Assembly (NCBI GenBank): GCA_001643675.2 | Contig: LSRY02000016.1 | Coordinates: 992,001 to 1,056,000, forward strand | DNA: 64,000 nt | DNA from: Monocercomonoides exilis PA203 | Lineage: Eukaryota > Protista > Preaxostyla | Direction: 5' to 3' | Shown: in pieces, positions 1-12,600 of the stretch | How the letters are laid out: every line of letters starts with the position of its first letter | Numbering within the stretch: position 1 is the stretch's first letter | Made by a program: the position numbers and the translations under genes | Notes under the pieces: generated by a model | What the model was told of the DNA's origin: nothing | What the model saw: only the letters and a program-made list of their open reading frames with translations | The model's database searches: none

Positions 1-2060
1 CCAATGAATTGCACACTCTTCAAAACAAAATCAGATGCTCCATCATCCAAAACAAGATATATCCCTCCTCCCAATCCTTTGCTCCCATCTGCATTTGCAG
101 TTGCATCACACTCCGAAAACCCCACCTTTGCCTCTTGCTCAACCTCACTTCCATTGTTTGGAAGAGCTTCTGTGATATTGCCAACACTGAAGCTCGATCC
201 ACTTTTCATATGTATCCACAGCCCGCCTCCATTCCCTCTCTCGCTTTTGCACGAACTCATGCTTCCTTCTTCAAACGCAAAAGAGCAGCCATCTTCAAGT
301 GTGCATTCAATTGCTCCCCCGTTTTGATTTTTCCCCACAAAGTTGGACAGAGTGCAGCTGACAATTTCAACTTTCTTGGCACTTGTGGAAGATATCAAAT
401 GAGAGGATGCCATCTCTTCTGATTGAGTAATCGAAGAAATGATGCAATCTCTCATCAGAAGTGAAGCCTTCCCCTTCACTTCAAACAAGCCTGATGCACA
501 AGTTGTTCCAACTTCATTCATTTGAATGCTTGTTAATTCTGCTTCTGTGCTGCTTCCTGACAACGAGATCAATGGACTTCCACTCAACATCTTTGACGAA
601 ACAGAGAATGTATCGATTGTTAACATCCCTGAGTCAACAGACAAGAATAGAAATGCAATTTCAGATGAAGGATTTTGAATGGAAAGCGAACACTGAGACA
701 TAGTCAGTGATGATGATGATGACGAAATAAAAGTGGAATGTGAAAGAGAAGGAGGAAGAGAGAAGATAAGAGTTGACAAGACTGTTTCGACTCCAACTTT
801 CACCATTGCCGTATTTGCTCCTGCGGTGGCATCAGAAACTGTCCATCCACTTTGATCGTCTTTTCCTCGGATTTCATGTTTCTGTTCACCAAATACCAAT
901 TCATCGCTCATCATAATCATTCCATTAACAACAATTTTCTTTGGCCCTGCAAGCTGAGTGAGGGAGTGCTTCAAAGTCAAACAAGGGAATTGGACAATTC
1001 CGCAATGCGAGTGATTGGACGCCTCAGTATTACTCACATAAATCTCGGATGGAGGAGAAAGAAGATAGATGCACAGAGGAATGGCCACACTGTTGTTTCC
1101 ACCATCATATCCTTTCACTTTGTCAACGGAATCCGATGAGGCTGTGACACATGTGATTTTTTGTGACTTCGCGGTCACTTCCAGATTGGGTGAAATGGCA
1201 AAGATGTCATTTCCCCATTTTGCTGTGTTTGTGCCAAAGGAGGAAGAAATCAAGAAATCTGGGTTTTCAGTTGATAATTGAAGAAGGATTCCTCCGCCAA
1301 GTCCGTTGGATGCCGAGCAAAAGCAGCCATTAAACGACCCGTCTTTCACATTCACTTCATTTGCATCCCCAACACACAGCATTGTTGATCCTCCATTCTC
1401 TGAACTTGTGCTCCCGCATCCTTCAAATACACTTGAATTCAAATCAATATTTGCCATGCCATTGGATAACGACATCACTGCTGATCCGCTGGTTGTTCTT
1501 TCAATCCCATCAAAGTCACATTCCGAAAGTCTCAATGAAACAGCACTTGTTGAAGAAAGCGAAAGCAGTGAAACGGTTGAGACCATCCCTTTCCACTTCA
1601 CATGATCCATGCTCATCCTCCCATTTTGGATGCAAACCATTTCTGTGGAATAAGCTGTACCAGATTGAAGCGCGCTTCCAGCTGATATGTTCAGCCTGCT
1701 CACATCCATTTCTCCCTCGCCTGATATTTCGAACAGCCTTGTTCTGCAATTGTTCTGGTGTGTTGGGTCGTGTACAAGAGCAAGGTCACTGACAGACAAT
1801 GTGCCTGCTGAGACCGAAAAAAGAGACAAGTCAGCTGTTTCAAATTCTGTTTGCATCGTTGTGCTCGAATCACTTTGTCCACATATTGTGAATGCATTGA
1901 CACCACAATCCACACTGTGTGTTTCGACAATTGTTCCTGCCAATATTTCAATGTCTTTCACAACACCTGGAATCATCTGTGTCAGGCAATGGCTGACTGT
2001 GTTGCAGGGATGGCTTTCATTGATTCCACATGCAAATGCATCTCTTGCATTCTCCTGAGT
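1..2060. repeat. Left arm of a large inverted repeat (partner 8244-10303)
   Basis: Coordinates map as x+y=10304. ORF-track peptides are identical in mirrored frames (e.g. 9..422+ = 9882..10295-, 1361..1792+ = 8512..8943-, 1687..2058+ = 8246..8617-). First mismatch at 2061/8243. Confidence 0.95.
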
Positions 2061-3667
2061 TTGCTTCGATCCCACATATCTAATTCTTCCTCCTTCATTC
2101 AGAAGCCAATCGCTTTGATCAATAACACTTAAATAACTTGTACTAACTCTATTTAATGTATTCCTTGAAGAGCAACAGCTGATATCAATATTGTTTGATG
2201 TTGAATTATGCAAGACGATATCATGTCCACCTTTTAAGCAATTGTTATCGTGGAAAAAACAGAAATACAATAATATTCCGTTGTTAATTTCATTAATCAG
2301 TTGACTGACTGCTCCTCCTCCACACTTTGAACTGCAATGGAGAAAAAGGCAGTTTGAAATAATGACTTTATCGACGCTTCGCCAATGTTCAATTGCACCG
2401 CCTGTTCCATCAGTGGTGCTATTTGCACCACAATACACAAACATTGAATCCGTAATGCAATGTTTTTGCCTTTTTGTCATCGTTGGCCGAAAATTTATTG
2501 CTCCTCCATCGTTTCCTGAAGAACAATTTTGGAAAGAACAGCAATCAACAAGTGATTGAGTTTGAACATTCTCTGCCATTATTCCTCCTCCTCCACAATC
2601 CGTGCTCGCACGTGCTGTGCAGAGGACAAATATCGAATGTTTAACTGAACATTCAGCAATGTTATCAGCATAAATAGCACCACCTCTTGTCACAGAAGCG
2701 TGGCATCTTGTGAAAGATGAATTTTCAACTGTTAGTGAAGCCTCAGAATTCTCATGAGCAAATATTGCTCCTCCTTTTTCTTCTGTGCAGTCCGCCCATT
2801 CACAGTGTTTGAAGGATTGAGTTTCTGTTGTGTTCACTTTTTCTTTCAATTCATTATTATCAACTCGTGTCACAAACGAAAATGAGTTGTTTCTGAATAA
2901 ACACATTCGAGAACAGTCTTCATCACCAGAAAAGCAAGAATAGAAAATGTTGGAAGGGGTTGAGATAACAGCACAATTATCCATCAATTGTGAACAACAT
3001 GTGTGTTTTGTTTTATGGTTGTCCTTCGATTGAGAATTGGATGAGATATTGAAAAAGAAGCAATCACAAACATCCACACTTTGACACAACTCCGAATACA
3101 GAAAAAGAGATGATGATGAAACAACAAGATCTGAAAACACAGAATTCCGAAGAACAAGAGAGGATTTCTCACTTGATGTTTTTATAAGACTTTGAATGAT
3201 AGAATGTTCTTGAGGTGCAATACTAATATTATTCAAACAAAGAGACCCTCCTTGAAGCACAAACAAAGAAGATGACGAAGTTAAGAAAATACAATTTGTG
3301 AATTTCATAGAAGAATGTTTGTTAATTGTTGCGGGAGGAGAACTGAATGTCTTTAACACCAATGAAATCATTTCAACAGAGCTGTTCGAGGAGATAAAAA
3401 GTGAATTCACCATTGAGCATGCTTCTTTCAGAGATGCATTCACAGCTGGATTAACTTTCACAACTTCACGATCTTTGTGATCGAAATTTCTGCAGTGAAT
3501 AATGAAAAGAAATAGCACATGAAATAAATTTACAGATAAGAGAATTTTCCAAACTGGTATTTGTTCGTCACAAATTCCTTGTTCAAATTATTAAAAATCA
3601 AATTTTGTGCATATCGTGATGTTTGAAAAAAAATAAAAAAAAGAAACAACAACAAAGAATATCGCAT
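1..3667 (-). CDS. Giant receptor-like beta-helix (Pmp/pectin-lyase-like GGAI repeat) protein, paralogue A; 5' part only, runs off the window start
   Basis: Hand translation. ATG at 3667 gives signal-peptide-like MRYSLLLFLFFIFFQTSRYAQ. A 44-nt GTAAAT...CTGCAG intron at 3490-3533 joins it to a stop-free frame running to position 1 (CEWADCTEEKGGAIF, RGGAIY, GNDGGAI, FCFFHDN...WLLNEGGRIRYV), which then matches gene B. It is missing from the ORF track because it has no stop in the window. Confidence 0.85.
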
Positions 3668-4423
3668 AAATGGAAACAAAAAATAAGGCAGTTGTGTGAC
3701 TTGTGATCCAACCATTAATTTATAAAAAAGATGTTGTAAATTATTCTTTTTCAAAATTTCAACAATATAAAGTTGAATAGCATTAAAGAAAAAAGAAAGG
3801 AAAAAATCAACAATAAAAATAATTTCATTATTTAATTTGTTATCGCTTTTTTGGAAGAACATTTTGTTGGAACATTTTCGAAAATGAGAAAAATCAACAG
3901 AAAAAAATTGACAAATAAATGCAAATAATCGTTTGATATTCATAAATGAAAAATCCAAAAAAAAAAATTAAAAAGAAAGAAAATAATTTTTTTTAAAAAT
4001 TTTTATTGACAACTTGTTCCATTCATTTTATTTCATTTATGAACATCAAAAATTTCGTTTGACACAAATATTTAAGGAATTCAAATGAAAATGATAAGGA
4101 AAATCATTTTCGTTTTGATTATCCAATGGAAAACATGAAAACAACAATAATTTTTGAAACGCAAAAAATTGAGAAAAAATCAATGCACTTTTGAAATAAT
4201 AATTGGCATATGCACACTTGACAGCAATTTCTAATTCTTGCATATTTCGTTTGTTAATTGCTTATAAACATCATTTGTGATGTTTTGAGTTGTTAAAAAC
4301 ATGCGGAAGTTCATTAAAATATAATTTTAATTTTACAAAAATTATGAAAATGGGTCAAAATATTCTCGAAAAATAAAAAAAAAAACATAATAAAAAATCA
4401 AAATAAAATAAAAATGTTTATCT

Positions 4424-5495
4424 TTATGAGTTTTCTGAACACTCAGAGGCAGATAAACCATCGCCTGTGTCAATATTGTCGGTTTCACTTGTTTCGCTGT
4501 CATTAGAAATAAGTGAATCATCTAAATCATGTATTTCTTCTTCATTTTCTTCTGTTTCTTCATCTTCTTCAGCTTCTTCTATTTTCTTTTCTTTGTAGAA
4601 AATAATTTTTGATACAAATTCTTCAAATCTCACAATCTTTCTCTTATTGATCATCCAAAAAGCAAGTTGATCAGCAACATATTTTTCTCGAATTCCATAT
4701 GGAGGAAAAAATCTTCTCATATGGCTCCATAATCCTTCGATTGTATTTGTGCATGCGTGAGTTTCTTCATCATATAGTTTTCTCTTATGACACACTGTTA
4801 GATGATTGTATCCTAAACGAGAAAGAGATGAGTATGCCTACCATTCATCTGACATTATTGTTGAATGCGGTTGAATGTGCTTTTGAATGATAGGAATCAA
4901 CGTCGAAGCAGAACGGTCTGGTACAATCATGACAAAAAAATTTCTTGTTTCATCCATTTTATCTTTCTTTCGCTCCACCGCACCAAAGACCCACATTTGT
5001 CTCTTTCTTTTTCTTCTATGATATTTTATTCTCCTGAAAACACATTCATCTATTTCATCAATTATGTTTTCGCCTCCAAGAATAGTTTCATTCTGATTAA
5101 TGATGTCCATCGCGCAACACCTCATAACAGATGACCAATATGCCACAGAGTTATATGAATTCCCAACATTTCCGAGCAAAATTTTACACTAGCACCATTC
5201 CAAAAAATATGATAATTAACAAAATCACATTTATTGGTATTCTGCTACGATAAAATGACGTATTCTTGTATGCTGATTGCCTATTGCAACATTTTCTGCA
5301 AACCCACATCATCCTGCCAGAGTGACGCCGTAAATCCATTTCAATTCTGTGCCTTCTGCATTTTTGCTTGTTTTTGATAATTTTCCTAAATATCCATTTT
5401 TCAGATTTTTCCGAATTGAGAAACATTCTGAATAATTTGTTTGAACGTTTTCCAGGCAGAGCAAGTGAATCGTCTGAATCAGACACTTCTTCCAT
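4424..5495 (-). mobile_element. Merlin / IS1595 (ISXO2-like) DDE transposase, disrupted
   Basis: Motifs: N-terminal Zn-ribbon-like C..H...CxxC, EIDECVF, KYHRRK, WVFGAVER, VPDRSASTLIPII, TIMSDEW*AY, H.TVCH, TNTIEGLWS. In-frame TAG at 4838-4840 and frameshift(s) near 5160-5205. No TIRs found. Confidence 0.88.
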
Positions 5496-6617
5496 GAAAT
5501 TTTTGATTTTTTAAATGATCAAAAATCCCATTAATATGTGAAAACGATAAATTTCAAAAATCAAAAAATCATGGTTTCCTTTCATATTCAGTTCATGCTA
5601 TATACACTAAATAACTCACTTTTTATTTATAAACTGTTTTTTCATTGTTTTGAAAATTGCAGTTAAGTATGCATTTGCCGAATTTTTTTAGCAAATCGAA
5701 TTGTTGAACATGAAGTGATTTAAATGAAATTGCTTCGACTTATTTCAATAATTTTCAATGAAACTCAATCGAACGAAACAATATTTCATTTCCACTAATC
5801 TCGAATGTTCATTGACTTTTCATTAGTAAACATTCATTTCAAATTTATATCGAAGACATATTTTATGGTTTTTAATATTTTCTTGCTGTTTAATTAATTT
5901 TTTTTTAGTTTATTTTTGCATATATTTTGAATGGTTTGGTGCAAACAGTGATTTTTTTAAAAATAAGTGCATGAATTTTTCCAAAATTTTCCAAAATACA
6001 ATTATTTAAATTATGGGAACTTCTAAAAGTTATATTATTTTTTCTTGAAAATTATCAAAAGTTTTTTTATTTGTAAGTTTTTAATCAAAGTGAAGTGTCA
6101 GCTTTCGAATATTACATTTTTGGATTTTGATAACTTTCCAATTTTACTTGAATCGTCATTTGCTTGGTGTTATTCCATTTATTAAGAGATTATTTGATGC
6201 ATGCAACGCAAAAATAAAACAATTATGTATAATTTTAAAGAATAAACAATTCACACTATTTTTCGCTTTTATGGAAATTACAAACGCATGTTAAAGTTCT
6301 TTTGAGTGCAATTTTTGTGATGATCTTTTGAAAAGAAAATAGATATAGATACATTATTTAAACACACTTGACTCTTTCACTGTTATTTATTCGATTCTTT
6401 GAATTGATTTTTTAGATTTATTTTATTGAAATTTAAAATTTAATGCAAAATGAGAATTTTTTCTCCAACGAGAAAAAGAATTTGTGAGAAAAAAGCTTAT
6501 TTTGAAAAGCAAATGCTTTTTTATGTCAAAATATTGAAACATTGCATTTTCTTTATAAATGAAATAATAAACATCACAAAATACAAAAATTACTTTCTTT
6601 CGAACCATAATTCTTCA

Positions 6618-9600
6618 ATGATTGTTCTGTTCAATTTTGCACTTCTTTTGGCATTGTCAAAGACTGCAAATATCAAAAGCAACAATCAAATTTATGTAGG
6701 AAATGACTCTTCTCAATGTTTCAACATTCAGATAATTGAAGACACATTCAAAAAGAAAGGCAATTGCTTGTTAAATTATCACAAAAGCCACAAAGATGAA
6801 TTTTTAACAAACTATGGCAGCTTTGAAAAGCAGTATTCATTTCGAAGAAATGGATTCACTACACTTTTGTGCAAATGGACTATTTCAAATTCTTCCACAG
6901 TTGTCAGCAACATACTCTTTGAACAATTTTTTCATTCGAATCTCGTCTGTGCACTCGACAATTCAAATATTTGTATCTCTTCGTGTCAAGTCACAAAACC
7001 ATCAAGATTTGTCCCGTTGTTGAACATCCAAAGTTCATCATTCGTTGCACACAATTTTTCAATTGATATCAATCTTCTTCAAGAAAGTGTCGAATCAATT
7101 GGATATGTGAAAGGTGAAACTTCATTTTTGTTGATTGGTTCATCCGTTTTTCAGAATATTGTACTATGTGGAAGAAAAATGTTTGATATTGAAAGTTGTC
7201 ATTTGTTCTCATCTGAAAATTCAATTTTCAACAATATCACCAACGTTCATAACCAAATACATACAGGAAAAACTGATGGTCAGTTCAGCATGATTGAGGA
7301 AAGCATTATGGAAAGTTGTGTTGTTTTCGCTTGTGAAAATGCATTGGATGGAACAGTGATGAATGGATTGAAGAAATCAAATGAGTTGGTGTGCAGAAAC
7401 GTTTCGTTCTTGAATAACATCAACAAACTCATCAATTACGACAAACAAACAACAATTCATACCTCCAACACAATCAATATGAACAATTGCGAATGGATGG
7501 ACTGTACCTCCGCAACAAATGGAGGAGCCATTTGCATATCAGGAAACAGCGCTTCAACGCTGACTCTTTCATTGTGCTATTTCAGAAATGACACTGCACA
7601 AAGTGGAAGAGGAGGAGCAATATACACAAAATCAATCTCACAAATCTCAATCAAGCATTGTTTCTTTCTCGGGTGCCAAGCTCCAGATCAATCTTTCAAT
7701 GAAGCTGGAGGAGCAGTTTGTATCTTCAATCCGCAAACAACATACATATTTGAGAACAGCTCATTGAAAGATTGTTATGTTGGAAATGATGGAGGAGGCT
7801 TATCAATAGATAGAAAAGGAACTCAAATAAATGGGGATCAGATCCTTGATTGCTCATTCGTTAATTGCACAACTTCAAATGAATCAACACCAGTTGGAGG
7901 AGGAATTCAAATGTGGGATATGTCAATTTCTCCTCTCATTAGCAATTGCTTATTTACAAATAACTATGCCATGAATGGAGGAGGTGGACTCAGTTTGTAT
8001 GTCAATTATCAATACACTGAAAAAAACTTATTCTTTTGCTTTTTCCATAATAATGCGGGGGTTTATGGTGGTTGCGATGTTCTATTAGCAAATCAACAAG
8101 AAAATACAATCGATATATCGTGTCGATCAACTCGTCAAACTGGAATACGAGTGAGTCCAAACTTTGCCACAACTTCAATAACTGATCGAAGTGATTGGCT
8201 TCTGAATGAAGGAGGAAGGATCAGATATGTGGGATCAAAGCAGACTCAGGAGAATGCAAGAGATGCATTTGCATGTGGAATCAATGAAAGCCATCCCTGC
8301 AACACAGTCAGCCATTGCCTGACACAGATGATTCCAGGTGTTGTGAAAGACATTGAAATATTGGCAGGAACAATTGTCGAAACACACAGTGTGGATTGTG
8401 GTGTCAATGCATTCACAATATGTGGACAAAGTGATTCGAGCACAACGATGCAAACAGAATTTGAAACAGCTGACTTGTCTCTTTTTTCGGTCTCAGCAGG
8501 CACATTGTCTGTCAGTGACCTTGCTCTTGTACACGACCCAACACACCAGAACAATTGCAGAACAAGGCTGTTCGAAATATCAGGCGAGGGAGAAATGGAT
8601 GTGAGCAGGCTGAACATATCAGCTGGAAGCGCGCTTCAATCTGGTACAGCTTATTCCACAGAAATGGTTTGCATCCAAAATGGGAGGATGAGCATGGATC
8701 ATGTGAAGTGGAAAGGGATGGTCTCAACCGTTTCACTGCTTTCGCTTTCTTCAACAAGTGCTGTTTCATTGAGACTTTCGGAATGTGACTTTGATGGGAT
8801 TGAAAGAACAACCAGCGGATCAGCAGTGATGTCGTTATCCAATGGCATGGCAAATATTGATTTGAATTCAAGTGTATTTGAAGGATGCGGGAGCACAAGT
8901 TCAGAGAATGGAGGATCAACAATGCTGTGTGTTGGGGATGCAAATGAAGTGAATGTGAAAGACGGGTCGTTTAATGGCTGCTTTTGCTCGGCATCCAACG
9001 GACTTGGCGGAGGAATCCTTCTTCAATTATCAACTGAAAACCCAGATTTCTTGATTTCTTCCTCCTTTGGCACAAACACAGCAAAATGGGGAAATGACAT
9101 CTTTGCCATTTCACCCAATCTGGAAGTGACCGCGAAGTCACAAAAAATCACATGTGTCACAGCCTCATCGGATTCCGTTGACAAAGTGAAAGGATATGAT
9201 GGTGGAAACAACAGTGTGGCCATTCCTCTGTGCATCTATCTTCTTTCTCCTCCATCCGAGATTTATGTGAGTAATACTGAGGCGTCCAATCACTCGCATT
9301 GCGGAATTGTCCAATTCCCTTGTTTGACTTTGAAGCACTCCCTCACTCAGCTTGCAGGGCCAAAGAAAATTGTTGTTAATGGAATGATTATGATGAGCGA
9401 TGAATTGGTATTTGGTGAACAGAAACATGAAATCCGAGGAAAAGACGATCAAAGTGGATGGACAGTTTCTGATGCCACCGCAGGAGCAAATACGGCAATG
9501 GTGAAAGTTGGAGTCGAAACAGTCTTGTCAACTCTTATCTTCTCTCTTCCTCCTTCTCTTTCACATTCCACTTTTATTTCGTCATCATCATCATCACTGA

Positions 9601-12600
9601 CTATGTCTCAGTGTTCGCTTTCCATTCAAAATCCTTCATCTGAAATTGCATTTCTATTCTTGTCTGTTGACTCAGGGATGTTAACAATCGATACATTCTC
9701 TGTTTCGTCAAAGATGTTGAGTGGAAGTCCATTGATCTCGTTGTCAGGAAGCAGCACAGAAGCAGAATTAACAAGCATTCAAATGAATGAAGTTGGAACA
9801 ACTTGTGCATCAGGCTTGTTTGAAGTGAAGGGGAAGGCTTCACTTCTGATGAGAGATTGCATCATTTCTTCGATTACTCAATCAGAAGAGATGGCATCCT
9901 CTCATTTGATATCTTCCACAAGTGCCAAGAAAGTTGAAATTGTCAGCTGCACTCTGTCCAACTTTGTGGGGAAAAATCAAAACGGGGGAGCAATTGAATG
10001 CACACTTGAAGATGGCTGCTCTTTTGCGTTTGAAGAAGGAAGCATGAGTTCGTGCAAAAGCGAGAGAGGGAATGGAGGCGGGCTGTGGATACATATGAAA
10101 AGTGGATCGAGCTTCAGTGTTGGCAATATCACAGAAGCTCTTCCAAACAATGGAAGTGAGGTTGAGCAAGAGGCAAAGGTGGGGTTTTCGGAGTGTGATG
10201 CAACTGCAAATGCAGATGGGAGCAAAGGATTGGGAGGAGGGATATATCTTGTTTTGGATGATGGAGCATCTGATTTTGTTTTGAAGAGTGTGCAATTCAT
10301 TGGGTGCAAAGGAAGGAAAGGGAAAGATGTGTTTCTGGATGCTGATGATCTGGGTGCAGTGGCAAACACAACAACATTTTGCTTCGATGTTGAATTGAAT
10401 GACTTTGAAAAGTTGAACGGCTTTGAGCGCTCAACAGCAAATGAAGAGTTCGAAATACCGCTTGTTGTGTATCTGTGGAATAACTTCACAGAGCCATGCC
10501 ATGTGGGTGGGCAAGAGGCTCATGACTTCAGTGGTTGTGGATTCGAGCAAGTTCCATGTGATACGATTACAAAAGCAGCAAGTTTGAGGTTTTCAGGCAA
10601 AAACAAGTCAATCAAGCTGAATTCACCGTTCTTTTTGGAGAAGAATTGAACATGAAGACAGAGGAATGGAGTATGAGCGGAGAAGGAAATGAAACGAATT
10701 ATGGGATAGCTGGTGATATTTCTGGTGCTCAAAGTGGAATATTCGAGTCACACTGTCCAGTATCATTCATTGAAGTGGTGCTTTCACTCTCAGAAAGAAT
10801 TGGATCTTATGGAAGTATTTTCCATTGTGTTTCCAGCACATTGACAATTCAGAACTGTGGAATTGTTGCATCGAAAAACGAATTGCGAGTTTCCTGTGTG
10901 AAAGTGGAAGGAGGCGAGGTTGTGATGAACAATGTATTTGGGAATGCAATCGGATGGCAGAAGAGTGCGATTATTGTTGATGGGAGTGGTGGAGAAACAC
11001 CTTCGATCGAAATTGTGGAAGGCAACTTTTCAGGAAATGGGCAGCAAAGCGGATGCTTGGTTGAAAGCAGAAATGTAAGGTATTTGAACATGACGAAATG
11101 CGAAGCAATATCTTTTGTTCGAAGAACTGGAAATGGAGGCAGTATAAGTGTTGATAACAGCAACATAGAAAACGAAAACACACAAATTAATATCGAAGGG
11201 AATGTTTTTGATGGATGCTCTGTGATGGCTGATGGAAGCAGAGGAGGTGCCATTGATGCTCAGATAAAATGGAATACTCAATTGAACATCATTTCATGTA
11301 CTTTCACAAGATGCACTGCCCCTGACGAAGAAGGCAAGATTGGGCTTGGCGGGGGAATGGCACTGACATTGGTTGATGGCGATCCTTCATTTTCAATATC
11401 ATCCCCTGTTTTTGATAACAGCAAGCCAAATGTTGCAAAATACGGAAATGACCTGTTTGTTGAATCATCAAACTTGACAAAGAGCATCACCAACGCCTCG
11501 CTTCCATTTGTGCTCGAGCACATGGCAGATATTTCGTTGGATTCATTGAGCGGCTTTGATAAAAGTGACACAACAAATGCCATTCCACTGATCTATTTCT
11601 GGCGAACATTTGGATCAGAGATATTTATTGGGGGCAATGGAAAGGATGTGTGTATTTGTGGACTTTCTGATTATCCTTGCCTGTCAATTGATTATTCTTT
11701 GGATCGGCTGCTTGAAGGAAATGAAAGGAATATTAACATCATTGGAAAAGGAATTCTCAAAAAAAGTGTTGATCTTGGTGATATTTCAATAAGCTCAAAT
11801 AATACAGATATGTGCTCACTTGAGTGTCGCTCTTCTATTGAAGGAGCGGAGGACGAAGCAATGAATGTTCAAGGCATCTCATATTTCGAATTGATAAGAT
11901 TCGTTCTGCCATCTTCATTCGCCACTGGTGTAAACAGTTTGATTCATGTCAGCTCCAGAGAAGGATCGTTGACTCTGAAAGACTGTTCATTCGCAAAAAA
12001 TGAAGAAAGAGGAGAAGAAGACATGATTAACTTTGGCTTGATTAAAGCGGATGCAGGAAGTGTTGTTTTCGCATTTGTGGCAATACAGTCGCTTTCCTTT
12101 TCCTGCGACATCGCATCAATAGCATCTGCTGCATCCTTGGCATTCAGAAACTTGACAATGAAAAACATCCAGCTGGAAGGCGGAAGCGGGTTGTATGTTG
12201 CAAGGGCTTTAACTGGAAATGAAAATGTGAATGCTGAAGCCGATGAAAGTGTTGTGGTGGAGTGGAGCACACTTGAAGAAGTGACCCAGAGTGCAGCTGG
12301 CAACATCGCAATGTTCCGAAGCACAGGCATTGACCCAACAAAAATGGTCATCCGCAATACAACAATCAAAAAATGTGGTGGTTCTGGATGCAAAAATGGA
12401 GGGGCTGCTTTGTTCAGACTGAACGAAGGAGGGCGTTTTGACTGCTTGTTTTCTTCAATCACCGACTGCTTCTGCTCATCAACTGGAAGGGGTGGAGGCT
12501 TGTTTTTGGAATGCACATCTGCGGCTGCCGAGCCAGCAGCATTTGTGCTGTCGAACATCACGTTCAAGGACAATACTGCATATCGGGGAAGAGATGTGTA

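Noticed and set aside
2061-2120. Diversity-generating retroelement (TR/VR pair plus RT)
   Set aside because: Mismatches to 8184-8243 are transitions in both directions, mostly at third positions, and are not adenine-specific. The RT in the window is DIRS-type.
5581-5600. Words TTCATATTCA and TTCATGCTA shared, in swapped order, with 38011-38030 of the foldback element
   Set aside because: Short AT-rich matches that could easily arise by chance.
4200-6400. Terminal inverted repeats / TSD for the Merlin element
   Set aside because: No convincing inverted pair found by eye in the AT-rich flanks.
6450-6617. N-terminal extension of ORF 6450..10649
   Set aside because: AT-rich and non-coding-like. 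The ATG at 6618 directly precedes a signal-peptide-like stretch.
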